Source: Candidatus Hydrogenedentota bacterium
Lineage (GTDB): Bacteria > Hydrogenedentota > Hydrogenedentia > Hydrogenedentales > SLHB01
Direction: 5' to 3'
Assembly: GCA_963745075.1 (NCBI GenBank)
Contig: CAVUWV010000024.1
Location: 256,001-320,000, forward strand
DNA: 64,000 nt
Shown: positions 8,658 to 20,107 of the stretch, in pieces
Layout: each line of letters begins with the position of its first letter
Numbering within the stretch: the first letter of the stretch is position 1
Notes under the pieces: generated by a model
Seen by the model: the letters and a program-made list of their open reading frames with translations, nothing else
Database searches by the model: none
What the model was told of the DNA's origin: nothing
Position numbers and translations under genes: made by a program

Positions 8658-11094
8658 TTAGTCCACAGCGTGAACGGTGTAGGTCTCGTCGGCTTCTGTC
8701 GTGAATTGGAATTCATCGCTCGACTGCGCGATCTCCGAATCGCCATGGCTCACACGCAACGGGGTCCAACTCCGAATCGCGCAGGGTCCGTCCAAGTCCG
8801 AAGTAATAGTCGCTTCCGTCAGCTTGCCGTCTCTCCACGCAATATCGACCGTGAATCCGCCGCGGGCGCGGAGGCCCGTGACCTTGCCGGTCGGCCATGC
8901 CTGGGGGAGTGCCGGCAAGAATTCTATCGCGCCGGCGTGGCTTTGCAGGAGCATCTCGGCGATGCCCGCCGTGCCGCCGAAGTTGCCGTCGATCTGGAAG
9001 GGCGCGTGATTGTCGAACAGATTGGGTAGCGTGGACTTCGCGAGGAGTGCCCTCACGTTTTCGTAGGCTCTATCGCCGTCGGCAAGGCGTGCCCAGAAGT
9101 TGATAATCCAGGCGCGGCTCCAGCCGGTGTGGCCGCCGCCGTTCGCGAGACGCCGCTCGATCGAGACCCGGGCGGCCTTCGCCAATTCGGGCGTGCCCGT
9201 CAGCGTGATCTGGCTGCCGGGATGCAGCGCGAACATGTGGGACATATGCCGGTGCCCCGGCTCGGGTTCATCGAAGTCGACGAGCCACTCCTGTAGTTGG
9301 CCGTGCTTGCCGATTTGCAGCGGTGCGAGTCGGGCGCGGGTATCGCTCAGCTTCGCGCGGAAGTCGTCGTCTATGCCCAAGGTTTCGCTTGCCTGGATGC
9401 AATGGGTGAACAAGTCCCACAAGATTTCCATGTCCATGGTCGGACCCATGCACACGTTGGCCTGCTGGCCGTCTGTGGTGCGGAACTTGTTCTCCGGTGA
9501 ATTCGACGGCGCCGTGACCAACCAGCCGTGGGTGGGCTCTTCGATCAGCGTGTCGACATAGAACTCCGCGGCGCTCTTCATGACAGGGTACACCGAGGCG
9601 AGAAAGTCGCGGTCGCCGTTGAAGGCGTAATGTTCCCAGAGATGCTGGCACAGCCAACCGCTGGCGGCCATGAATTGTCCCCAGGAGGGGCGCTCGCCCG
9701 GAGAAGTGAACCCCCAGATATTCGAAATCGTGTGCACGACCCATCCGTTTGCGTTGTAATGAATGCGCGCGGTTCGGCTGCCGGGGACTTGCAGCGACTC
9801 GATGTATTGGAGGAACGGCTCGTGGCATTCCGCGAGGTTGCACACCTCGGCGGGCCAGTAGTTCATCTGGTCGTTGATGTTGTGATGATAGTCGCAGTTC
9901 CAGGGCGCCTGAAAGTGATCGCACCAGATGCCCTGCAAATTCGCGGGCAGATCGCCGGGCCGCGAACTGGAAATGAGCAGATAGCGTCCGTATTGGAAAT
10001 AAAGCGCGGCGAGGCCGGGATCGTCGGCGCCATTTTGCACCGCGGTCAGGCGCATGTCGGTCGGCTGGCTCGACGCATCCGTCGTACCAAGGTCGATGCT
10101 GACCCGGCGATACAATCGTTGATAGTCTTCCACATGCGCGGCGCGCAACGCATCGTAAGGCTTGTCGGAGGCATTCGAGAGCTGCGTCTCACAGATGGAC
10201 GTGGGTTCCTTACCCTGGTAGTCCGTCGCAGCGACCAGCAGCAGCGTCGACGGCGTTCGCGTTCTGAACTTCGATGGTGTTGCCGTTGGAGACCATGGCG
10301 CCGCCGTCGGGACGCATCATCAGACGCGCTTCGTACCGCATCCCATGCCCCATCCAGGCCCGGCCGGCGAGGACCAGTGTATTCCCGCCGCGCACTTCCG
10401 CAACGACTGCCGGTTCCGGCTCCTCCGATTCCTCGAAGGGCTCGATCCCGGAATCGTTCTTCCATCGGCGCGAACTGCGGCGCGGATCGCGGTCCAACCC
10501 AACACGAAACGATACGCCGCCCGGTTTATCCGCTGCGAGCCGAATGACCAACACCTGGTCGGGCGCGCTGCTGAAAACTTCGCGCGTATAGTTCGTATCA
10601 CCGACCCGGTACTCGACCGACGCGATGCCCGTATCGAGATCGAGTGTACGACGATAGACATCGAAAGCCGTTTGGTCCGCCCCAAAATCGAGGATGATGT
10701 CCCCGAGAGTCTGGTAAGAGCCGAACGGCACGTACGCGCCATTTCCCGTACCCGACCCTGCGCCTTGGCAAACGAGCGTATCGTAAGTCAGCGCTTCCGC
10801 TTCCGTGTACTTGCCTTGCAGCAATAGCGCGCGGACTTCGTCCAGATGTTTCAAGGCGTCCGGGTTGTCCGCGAACTGGGGACCGCCGGACCACAGGCTG
10901 TCTTCGTTCAACTGGATGCGTTCGCGCGGCACGCCGCCGAAAACCATGCCGCCGATCCGGCCATTCCCGACCGGCAAGGCTTCCGTCCACACGCTCGCCG
11001 GTTGGGTATACCAGAGGCTCACTGGAGGCGGCGTATCGGCAAGAATACCGACGCTGCCGGCCATCATCAGGATCGCGACCCACCAATTTCGCAT
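8658..11094 (-). CDS. GH95 alpha-L-fucosidase family (one frameshift near 10250)
   Basis: [57 protein letters not shown] split across two ORFs. Confidence 0.9.
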
Positions 11095-11190
11095 CGAATC
11101 AACCCCTCCATTTCCTCCGCCAGGCCCTTACTGGCATAATGCGTGGAAACAAGATCCCGCTACCGGGGGAACCACGGGGAGAAGGATACC

Positions 11191-13281
11191 ATGATTCGAG
11201 TAGTCCGGTGTGCGTTCATAGCGTTTGTTGCGGTTGTATTGGCCGCGGGGCTCGCTTTCGCGCAAGACGCGGATACCGTGCAGATTTATGTCTCGCCTTC
11301 GGGTAACGATGCTTGGTCGGGCACACTGGCGGAACCGAATGCGGACGGTACCGACGGACCGTTTGCCACGCTGGAGCGGGCGCGGGACGAAGTCCGGCGC
11401 ATGAAGAAGGAATCCGCGGTTCCCGCGGATGGCATTCGCATCGTCGTGCAAGGCGGCCGTTACGAATTGAACGAGCCGCTCGCGTTGACGGACGAGGATT
11501 CCGGTACGGAGCAGGCTCGCGTGACCTATGCCGCCGCGGACGGGCAGGAGGTACGAATCAGCGGCGGACGCGTGGTGGATACGTTTGCACCCGTTACGGA
11601 CGCGGCGGTGTTGGAACGGCTCGACCCGTCAGCGCGCGATCACGTCATGCAGGCGGATCTCCGCGCGTTGGGCATCGAAGACTACGGTTCGCCCAAGGGC
11701 GGCGGTATGGAAGTCTTTTTCCGTGACCAGCCCATGACGCTTTCGCGCTGGCCGAACGAAGGGTTTACCCACATCGCAGACCTCGTGATAGATGACGGGC
11801 ATAAGATCCACGGGATTCCGGGCAGCACGGTCGGCAAGTTCATCTACGAAGGCGACCGGCCGGAACGCTGGATTGGTGAGAAGGATCCCTGGGTTTACGG
11901 GTACTGGTTCTGGGACTGGTCGGCGCAGCCGCAGCAGATCGAGTCCATCGACCCCGCGAAAAAAGAGGTCGATCTTGTGCCGCCGTATCATGGGTATGGC
12001 TACCGTAAGGGCCAGTGGTATTACGGCTACAATCTCCTCGTAGAACTCGATTCGCCGGGGGAATGGTATCTCGACCGCGAGGCGGGCGTGCTGTACTTCT
12101 GGCCGCCTGAATCGGTCACGCCGGGCGATGTCGTGGTGACCGTACTTTCCACGCTGGTTCAGATGGACGGCGCATCCGACGTGACGGTGCGCGGCTTCAC
12201 GTTGGAAGGCGGCCGTGGAACCGCGATACAAATCAAAGGAGGCACGCAGAACCGGGTCGAAGCCTGCACGATCCGCAACGTGGGCGGCTGGGCCGTCACG
12301 GTCGGCGGTGGCACCGATCACGGCGTGGTCGGCTGCGACATCTATCAGACCGGCGGCGGGGGGGTCTCGTTGACCGGCGGCGACCGGACGACGTTGACGC
12401 CGGGCAATCATTACGCGGACAACAATCACATCCACGACTACAGCCGCATCAACCGCATGTACAACCCAGGGATCACGTTGCAGGGCGTGGGCAACAGGGC
12501 GACGCACAACCTCATCCACGACGCCCCGCACATGGGTATGGGTTTCGGCGGCAACGATCACGTCATCGAGTACAACGAAATCTACAACGTCTGTTTCGAG
12601 TCCAACGACGCCGGCGCCATCTATACCGGGCGCAACTGGACCATGCGCGGGAACGTGATTCGCTACAACTATCTCCACGACATCAGTGGATTCCAGAACA
12701 AAGGCTGCGTCGGCGTGTACCTCGACGACATGTTCGCGTCGGCGGATATCCTCAGCAACGTGTTCTACAAGGTCACGCGGGCCGCCTTCATCGGCGGCGG
12801 GCGCGATTGCACCGTGGCCAACAACATCTTCGTGGACTGCAAACCCGCGTTGCACGTCGACGCGCGGGCCCTGGGCTGGGCGCATCAACATGCTGACGAT
12901 TGGATGGCCGAGGCGAAGGAAAAGGGTACCATCTCCGGCATCGCCTACGACAAACCACCGTACAGCGAGCGATATCCCCAATTGCCGCACATTCTGGAGG
13001 GCGAACCAAAAGCGCCGGAAGGCAACCTCATCGCGCGCAACATCTGCTGGGGTGGAACCTGGGACGAGGTCGAGGAAAAGGCCCGGCCGTATCTAGTTTT
13101 CAATGACAACCTCGTTGAGGAAGATCCCCATTTCGTGGACGCAGAGCACCTGGACTTTCGGCTAAAGGACGACTCGCCTGCATTCGCGCTAGGGTTCAAA
13201 CCAATTCCCATTGAGAAGATTGGTCTCTACGCGTCGCCGGACCGTGCCACGTGGCCCGCGGACGCCGCGCGCGGGGAATAG
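11191..13281 (+). CDS. Secreted right-handed parallel beta-helix protein (GH141-like)
   Basis: YVSPSGNDAWSG, DGPFATLERARD, ELDSPGEWY, DAGAIY, GVYLDD and Asn-ladder repeats. Confidence 0.8.
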   Translation: MIRVVRCAFIAFVAVVLAAGLAFAQDADTVQIYVSPSGNDAWSGTLAEPNADGTDGPFATLERARDEVRRMKKESAVPADGIRIVVQGGRYELNEPLALTDEDSGTEQARVTYAAADGQEVRISGGRVVDTFAPVTDAAVLERLDPSARDHVMQADLRALGIEDYGSPKGGGMEVFFRDQPMTLSRWPNEGFTHIADLVIDDGHKIHGIPGSTVGKFIYEGDRPERWIGEKDPWVYGYWFWDWSAQPQQIESIDPAKKEVDLVPPYHGYGYRKGQWYYGYNLLVELDSPGEWYLDREAGVLYFWPPESVTPGDVVVTVLSTLVQMDGASDVTVRGFTLEGGRGTAIQIKGGTQNRVEACTIRNVGGWAVTVGGGTDHGVVGCDIYQTGGGGVSLTGGDRTTLTPGNHYADNNHIHDYSRINRMYNPGITLQGVGNRATHNLIHDAPHMGMGFGGNDHVIEYNEIYNVCFESNDAGAIYTGRNWTMRGNVIRYNYLHDISGFQNKGCVGVYLDDMFASADILSNVFYKVTRAAFIGGGRDCTVANNIFVDCKPALHVDARALGWAHQHADDWMAEAKEKGTISGIAYDKPPYSERYPQLPHILEGEPKAPEGNLIARNICWGGTWDEVEEKARPYLVFNDNLVEEDPHFVDAEHLDFRLKDDSPAFALGFKPIPIEKIGLYASPDRATWPADAARGE

Positions 13282-13351
13282 CCGGATGTGCCGTGCTGTT
13301 CCACCTTGACGGTAGACAAGGCAACGGGTAATCGGTACAATCGGCTTCGTG

Positions 13352-13841
13352 ATGGCATCTATCGGTCGGAAGAATTGCAGGCGTTCCCTGTTTGGCGCGG
13401 CGCTGGCGTTGGTGGTGTTGTTCACCGGCGGACCTGCGTGGGCAAGCGGGCTGGTTCTGTGTCTCTGCCACGACGGGCATATGACGCTCGAAACTGCGTG
13501 CCAGCCGCAGGAATGCTGTGCCTGATGATTGCTCGATCGACGGCGCGCCGGAGTCGGTTTCCATATCGCTGTGCGCCGATGCGAGCGAAGAACATCCTTG
13601 TGTCGATGTTCCGTTGCTCATGCCATCGGGGCAGGTGCAGGCGCCGCGTTCCACGGTAGTTCTGACGACCTCAATCAAACCGTCTGCTGGAATCTGTGAT
13701 TTATTTCCCACCGCGACTCTGGAACCCGCTGCGACCGCCGCGTTCCTCTGCGAGTCGTCGTGTCCTTCCCTCACTCCTGTCGTCACCGGAATCGTTGTCC
13801 TTCAGATTCTGATTCCCCTTCTCCTCACCGTACCTGAGTAG
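13352..13841 (+). CDS. Small exported Cys/His-rich protein preceding the efflux operon (probable frameshift near 13517)
   Basis: Read by hand: MASIGRKNCRRSLFGAALALVVLFTGGPAWASGLVLCLCHDGHMTLETACQPQECC, continuing in another frame as DDCS...LC...HPCVDVP. Confidence 0.55.
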
Positions 13842-13889
13842 TCTCAACAGGCGTCATGCACTGCACGTGCATTCGAGGAGAACGATTTC

Positions 13890-15416
13890 ATGCGATTCAA
13901 AGCCCCAAGAGGGGTGTACTGCATCTTAATCGCCGCAGTGAGCGCGATTGGACAGGATGCGGCATTCACTGAACCTACTGGCACGATTACGCTGGAACAG
14001 GCCGTCTACGCGGCGCTGCAGGGGAGCCCCCGGCTGGCCGCCTTTGACTGGGAACTGCGGGCCACGGATGGGCGGATTCTGCAAGCCGGATCGCGACCCA
14101 ATCCGGAACTGTCGCTCGAGATCGAAAATGTGCGGCTGAAATCCGGGCCGGGCGCGGATGCGCGCACGCGCTCCTTAAACGGCACCCTGGGCCGGAAGAC
14201 CGTGACGCTACCGAGTGGGCAACAGGGGCAACCTGTCGATCTGACGTATCCCCGGATTCAATCCGTGTTCGGCGGAGAACTGGAGCGGGAATCGGGCGCG
14301 CCCGCCGGGTTTGCGGAGTCCGAGATTACGCTCAGCATCTCGCAGATCATCGAATTGGGTGGCAAGCGGGCCAAGCGTGTGGCTCTGGCGCGGGAAGAGA
14401 AGCAACTCGCGCAATGGGATTACGAAGCGGCGCGAGCGGATCTCATCGCGGAGACCGCGCGGGCATTCGTCAACGTGCTCGTGGCCCAGGAGCGGGTGGA
14501 GCGCGAACGGGAATTGGTCGCCCTGGCGGAGGATGTGGCGCGGTCGACGGCTTTACGGGTCGATGCCGGGCAAGTCTCGCCCATGGAGAGCAACCGCGCC
14601 GAGATCGCCCTCTCGACGACGGGTATCGCTCTGGCCAACGCCGAACGCGCGTTGCAGGCGGCACGCATGCGGCTCGCGTCCATGTGGGGCGCCACCGAAA
14701 TCACTTATACGGTGGCCGTGGGCGATTTTGCCGACATTTCGCCGGTTCCCGCCGTGGATTCGCTGGTTCAGCGGCTCAAAGCCAATCCGGACCTCGCCCG
14801 ATGGGCGTCCGAACTTGCGGTACGTGACGCGGAATTCACCCTGGCGCGTGCGCGGCGCATCCCCAATCCCTCGATCGATTTGGGATTGCGGCGTGAAGGA
14901 TTCGCCGGCCGGTCGGTTTCGCGATTCGGAAGCGACACGGGCGCCACGCTCGGGTTTTCGCGGACGGATGTCGAACCCGAGCGGGACGCGGAGTATCGCA
15001 TCGTTCTCGGGTTTTCCATGCCGCTGCCCCTCTTCGACCGCAACCAAGGAAACATCGCGGAAGCGGAGGCGCTCGTCTCCAAGACGGCCGAAGAGCGTCG
15101 CGCAACCGCGGTCGCCTTGCACGCGGCGCTCGTCGAATCCCGGGAGTCCGCTGCCGCCGCGTACGACGAATTGCAGACCCTGGAAACCGACGTGTTGGCA
15201 CGAGCGGCCCAAACCCTCGACAAGACGAGGGAAGGGTACGAGTTGGGCAAGTTCAGTTATCTCGACGTGCTGGATGCCCAACGCACGCTGTTCGACGCGC
15301 AGGCTGCGCGTCTGGATGCATTGACCCGATATCACGTTGACAGCGTCAACATAGAACGATTGACCGGCCAGACGCCGGCTCAAACGCAGGAGCAACAAGA
15401 TGAACGTGAAGACTAG
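13890..15416 (+). CDS. czcC: TolC-family outer-membrane efflux protein (CzcC-like)
   Basis: RPNPELS, SQIIELGGKR, PLPLFDRNQG, YELGKFSYLDVLDAQRTL. Confidence 0.85.
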   Translation: MRFKAPRGVYCILIAAVSAIGQDAAFTEPTGTITLEQAVYAALQGSPRLAAFDWELRATDGRILQAGSRPNPELSLEIENVRLKSGPGADARTRSLNGTLGRKTVTLPSGQQGQPVDLTYPRIQSVFGGELERESGAPAGFAESEITLSISQIIELGGKRAKRVALAREEKQLAQWDYEAARADLIAETARAFVNVLVAQERVERERELVALAEDVARSTALRVDAGQVSPMESNRAEIALSTTGIALANAERALQAARMRLASMWGATEITYTVAVGDFADISPVPAVDSLVQRLKANPDLARWASELAVRDAEFTLARARRIPNPSIDLGLRREGFAGRSVSRFGSDTGATLGFSRTDVEPERDAEYRIVLGFSMPLPLFDRNQGNIAEAEALVSKTAEERRATAVALHAALVESRESAAAAYDELQTLETDVLARAAQTLDKTREGYELGKFSYLDVLDAQRTLFDAQAARLDALTRYHVDSVNIERLTGQTPAQTQEQQDERED

Positions 15417-16971
15417 ACCCCAAACGTTGGTATCGTCTCTTCGCATCCGAGGCGGTTCACCTCGTCCCTGATTGCGATTTTGTCAGTCATGGTGGTCACT
15501 GTGCTCAGTGCGGGATGTGGCGTTTCGAGCAACGACGTGGCCCAAGCCGCGCCGCGCGAACACGCAGCGCACACGCACGCCGAACGTGATCCAGACCGGT
15601 TGTGGTGCAACGAGCATGGCGTGTACGAGGACGAATGCACGATCTGCCATCCGGAACTGGCTGCGGCTGCCGAGGAGCGTGATCCGAATCGTCTGTGGTG
15701 CAACGAGCATGGTGTCTACGAAGACGAGTGCACGATCTGTCATCCCGAGATGGCGTCGGAGTCTGAGCAAGACGACGACGGGCACGGGCACGACAACCAC
15801 TCCGGAGGTGCGGAGGTGCTTTGGTGCAAGGAGCACGACGTGGCGGAGGGCGAGTGCGGCTTGTGTCATCCAGAACTGGTTGCAGACCTCGAACCCGGCC
15901 AAGGGATGAAAGTCCGATTCGAGTCGGATGCGTCCGTCACGAAGGCGGGGGTGGAAGTAGGCCGCCCAAGCGAATCGACCATGTTGAGACCTTCGAGGTC
16001 CTGGGACAGGTGACCTTCGACCGCAACAAGCTCGCCATGATCACGCCCCTTGCCGGCGGTGTGCTGGAAAGCGTCCACGTGGATGTCGGGGATCGGGTCA
16101 AGAAAGGCGACCTCATGGCCCGGGTCAATTCGCCCGCTATCGCGGAGGCGAAGAGTGCTCTGGTGCGTGCGTTGACGCAGGAAGAGTTGCACCGCCGGAC
16201 CTTCGCCCGCGAGAAGGATCTCGTCGAGCGCGAGATCCCGCACGACAGGATTTCGAATCGGCCAGAGCCACGTACGACGCAAGCCGGAGCGAGACGCAAC
16301 AGGCCGGCCAGAAATTGTCGAACTTCGGCTTCGGTGAAGCCGAAGTGGCGGAAGTCGCGCGGACCCGGTCGACCACGTCAGTGATGCCCGTTCGAGCGCC
16401 GTACGACGCGACGGTCGTGGATCGGGATGCCGTCGCGGGCTCAGCGGTGGAAATGGGGATGCCGCTGTTCCAGGTAGCAGACCTGCGCACCATGTGGCTG
16501 GAGTTGTCGATTCCGGAAAGCCATCTCGGAGTCCTGAAACGCGGCATGCCCGTCTTCGCTCGCTTCGAGGCGTACCCTGGCGACGGCTTTACGGGAGAAC
16601 TCACGTGGGTTGCCTATCAGGTTGATGAAGAGACGCGCAAGGTTGAGGCGCGGGCCGTGCTTCCCAATCGAGAGGAACGGCTCCGGCACGGAATGTTCGC
16701 TCGCGTCCAGCTCGCGGCCGGCGAGGAAACTGCAGGACTGACCGTGCCGAAAGACGCGGTTCAGGTGGTGGACGGGAGCTCCGTCGTCTTCCGAAAACTC
16801 GCGGACGACCTGTTCGAAAGCCGGGTCGTTCACGTAGGCCCGGATAAAGATGGGCAAGTGCTGGTTCTCGCGGGACTTCGGCCTGATGAGGAGATCGTGA
16901 TAACTGAGAGTTATTTGGTCAAATCGGAATTGTTGAAAGCCCGGCTTGGCGCGGGTTGCACCGAACACTAG
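15400..16971 (+). CDS. czcB: RND periplasmic adaptor (CzcB-like) lipoprotein with three N-terminal Cys/His repeats; several frameshifts, start uncertain
   Basis: LSAGC lipobox; GQVTFD, VGDRVKKGD, VRAPYD, LFQVADL, LRHGMF across three ORFs. Confidence 0.75.
15582..15749 (+). repeat. 93-bp-period intragenic tandem repeat encoding ERDPxRLWCNEHGVYEDECTICHPE
   Basis: Two near-identical units starting at 15582 and 15675; a third, diverged unit ends at 15875. Confidence 0.9.
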
Positions 16972-16989
16972 CGCGCGGGAGCCGAATAG

Positions 16990-19900
16990 ATGTTGAATAG
17001 ACTAATCGAGGCGGCGCTCCAGAACCGCCTGCTCGTACTCCTTCTGTTCGCCGTCCTCTGCGGCGTTGGCGTGTGGCGTCTTGCCGATCTGCCGATCGAC
17101 GCGTTTCCCGACACGTCACCCACGCAGGTGCAGGTTAATACGACGGCCCCGGCTCTGAACGCGGAAGAGATTGAACAACAAATTACGCTTCCCATTGAAC
17201 TTGCCGTATCGGGTTTGCCCGGTTTGGACAACGTGCGCTCGGTCTCGAAGTTTGGTTTGTCGCAAGTTGTCGCAACGTTTAACGAGACGACGGAAGTTTA
17301 CGACGCACGCCAGTTCATCATGGAGCGGGCAAACGGCGTTCAGCTTCCGGAAGGCATCGAACGTCCGGAGATGGGTCCCATCTCGACGGGGCTTGGCGAA
17401 GTGCTCCACTACATTGTACGTTCGACGAACCCGGACCGTTCGCTCACGGAAATCCGCACGCTTCACGACTGGGTGATCAAACCCGAACTGCTCAAAGTCT
17501 CCGGCGTGGCCGAGGTGAATAGTTGGGGCGGGTTCGAGAAGCAGTTCCACGTCATCGTCAGCCCGGAGTCGCTGATTAAATACGGCCTCACTCTGGCGGA
17601 GGTCAGGGAGGCGCTGGAGCGGAACAACGAAAACGTCGGCGGGGGTCAGACCGAGCGGGCGGGGGAAACCTTGCTCGTCCACGGTTTGGGACGAGTGTCC
17701 ACGGTCGAAGAAATCGAAAATATTGTGGTTGCGGCGTATGAGGGTACGCCGCTGCACATTCACGATCTCTGCGAGGTTCGCGTGGACCATGAGATTCGGC
17801 GCGGCGCGGTGACGTTCCAAGGACAGGGCGAAGCCTTGTTGGGCCTTGGGTTCATGCTATTGGGCGAAAACAGTCAGGATGTGACGGAGGCGTTGCGCGC
17901 AAAGGTGCAAAAGTCGGGCGGCAACGGCGCTGCCGGATGACATCGCAATCGAAGTCGTGTACGACCGTACCGATCTCATCGGAGAAGTGATCGGAACCGT
18001 TCAGCACAACCTCATCCTGGGCGTGCTGTTCGTCATCGTGGTTCTCTTTATACTTCTGGGAAACATACGTGCGGGCTTGTTGGTTGCCATCACGATTCCA
18101 ATCGCCATGCTGTTTGCCGTACTCGGGATGTTCGAACTCTCCATCGCGGCGAGTTTGCTAAGTCTGGGCGCCATCGACTTCGGGATTCTGGTGGACGGTT
18201 CCGTGGTCATGACGGAGGCCAACCTGCGCCGGCTGCGAGACGAACAAGCGCGACATGGACGAGAGCTAAGCGGGAAGGAGCGCTTGGCGTGCATCATTCA
18301 ATCGAGCCGGGAAGTGGTCCGGCCCATCGCCTTCGGAATGGGCATCATTCTTATCGTGTTCTTCCCGATCCTGACGCTGCAAGGTGTGGAAGGTAAGATG
18401 TTCAAGCCGATGGCCTGGACGTTCATACTGGCGATGCTCGGCGCGCTGTTTATCTCCGTGATTCTTTCGCCGGTGCTTTCCTACTAACATCTTGCCCCGC
18501 GATGCCCGGCCTGAACGGAAAGGGATTCCTCCCATCTTCTGACGGTCCTGTATGGGGGGCTATTGGGTGGCGCTCTGAAACTCCGTTGGCTCGTGCTGGC
18601 GGTGACGGTGGTGGTGCTTTCGGCTACGGCCGGTCTTGCGACGCGTCTTGGTGGCGAGTTCGTTCCGCGCCTGAGTGAAGGGGCGGTGGTTTCCAATGTG
18701 ATTCGCCTGGCCGGGGTCTCTATCGACACGTCAGCGCGCTACAACACGCGCATGGAACAACTGCTGCTCGACGAGTTCCCGGACGAGATTCGATACGTAT
18801 GGAGCCGCATTGGATCGGCGGAAGTCGCTACCGACCCATGGGGAACGAGTTGACGGACATCTTCGTAACGCTCTTTCCGCGTGAGGATTGGACGCGTGTC
18901 AAGCGCAGGCAGAATTCGTTGCCGCGATGGAAAATTGTCGGTGACTTGCCCGGGATCAATATCGCCTATTCGCAGCCCATCGAGTTGCGTATGAACGAGC
19001 TGATTTCCGGAATGCGCTCCGACGTGGGGATCAAGATCTACGGTGACGATTTCGACGAACTGGTCCGCATCTCGGACGAAATCCAGCGTGTGCTTGTGAG
19101 TATTGACGGCGCCGCCGATATCTCGGTCGACCAACTGACCGGTCAACCTACGATGCAGGTACGCGTGGATCAACAGCGCATATCGCGATTCGGGATACCC
19201 GCGGGCGACGTGCTCGATTTTGTCGAGGCCGTTGGCGGGACGGATGTGGGGACCATCTACGAGGGTCAACGCACGTTTCCTTTCGTGCTTCGTCTGCCGG
19301 ACGAGTATCGAAGCAATCCGGATCAGCTTGCCGAGGCACTGATTCCGACGGAGCGCGGATCTCAGTTGAAGCTCCGCGAACTGGCCGAGGTTGTCGAAAC
19401 CACCAGTCCGGCGACAATCAACCGGGAGTGGGGACGACGCCTCATCCGGGTGCAGACCAATGTTCGCGATCGCGACGTGGCCTCGTTTGTCGATGAGGCG
19501 CAGCAACGGATTGCGGACGAAGTGGATTTGCCGGACGGCTATCTCGTCGAATGGGGAGGACAGTTTCAGAATCTCGAACGGGCCAGATTGCGCTTGGCAA
19601 TCATCGTTCCTCTCACGTTATTGCTGGTCTTTGTTCTCCTGTATTTGAGTCTGGGAAGCTTTCGCGATGTACTCATCATCTACACCGGCGTTCCGTTCGC
19701 GGCCATCGGCGGGATCGTGTCGCTTTGGCTACGGGACATCCCGTTCAGCGTCAGCGCGGCCGTCGGTTTCATCGCGTTGTCAGGGATTGCCGTCTTGAAT
19801 GGACAGGTGCTCGTGGCCGCGATTCGGTCCTTTGTCGCCGACGGGCTCGCGTTGCGCGATGCCGTGTTGGCCGCGGGCAAGCAGCGGCTTCGGCCGGTCC

Positions 19901-20106
19901 TGGCGACGGCGATCACCGATGCCGTCGGATTCATACCGATGGCCTTGTCCACGGGCGTAGGCGCGGAAGTGCAACGGCCCCTGGCAACGGTGGTTGTAGG
20001 TGGGATTCTGACGGCGACGTTATTGACACTCTTCGTGTTGCCGATCCTGTACCTGGTTACGCCGGGGAGATCTCGGGAGGTCCGTCCCGCCGACAGAAAG
20101 GAATAG
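16990..20106 (+). CDS. czcA: CusA/CzcA heavy-metal RND permease (frameshifts near 17930, 18485, 18840)
   Basis: LPIDAFPD, SLGAIDFGILVDG, GFIALSGIAVLNG, RLRPVL, GAEVQRPLATVV; total span ~1040 codons. Confidence 0.9.
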
Positions 20107-20107
20107 C

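Noticed and set aside
11132..11146. TGGCATAATGCGTGG as a sigma-54 promoter
   Set aside because: Lacks the GC at -12.
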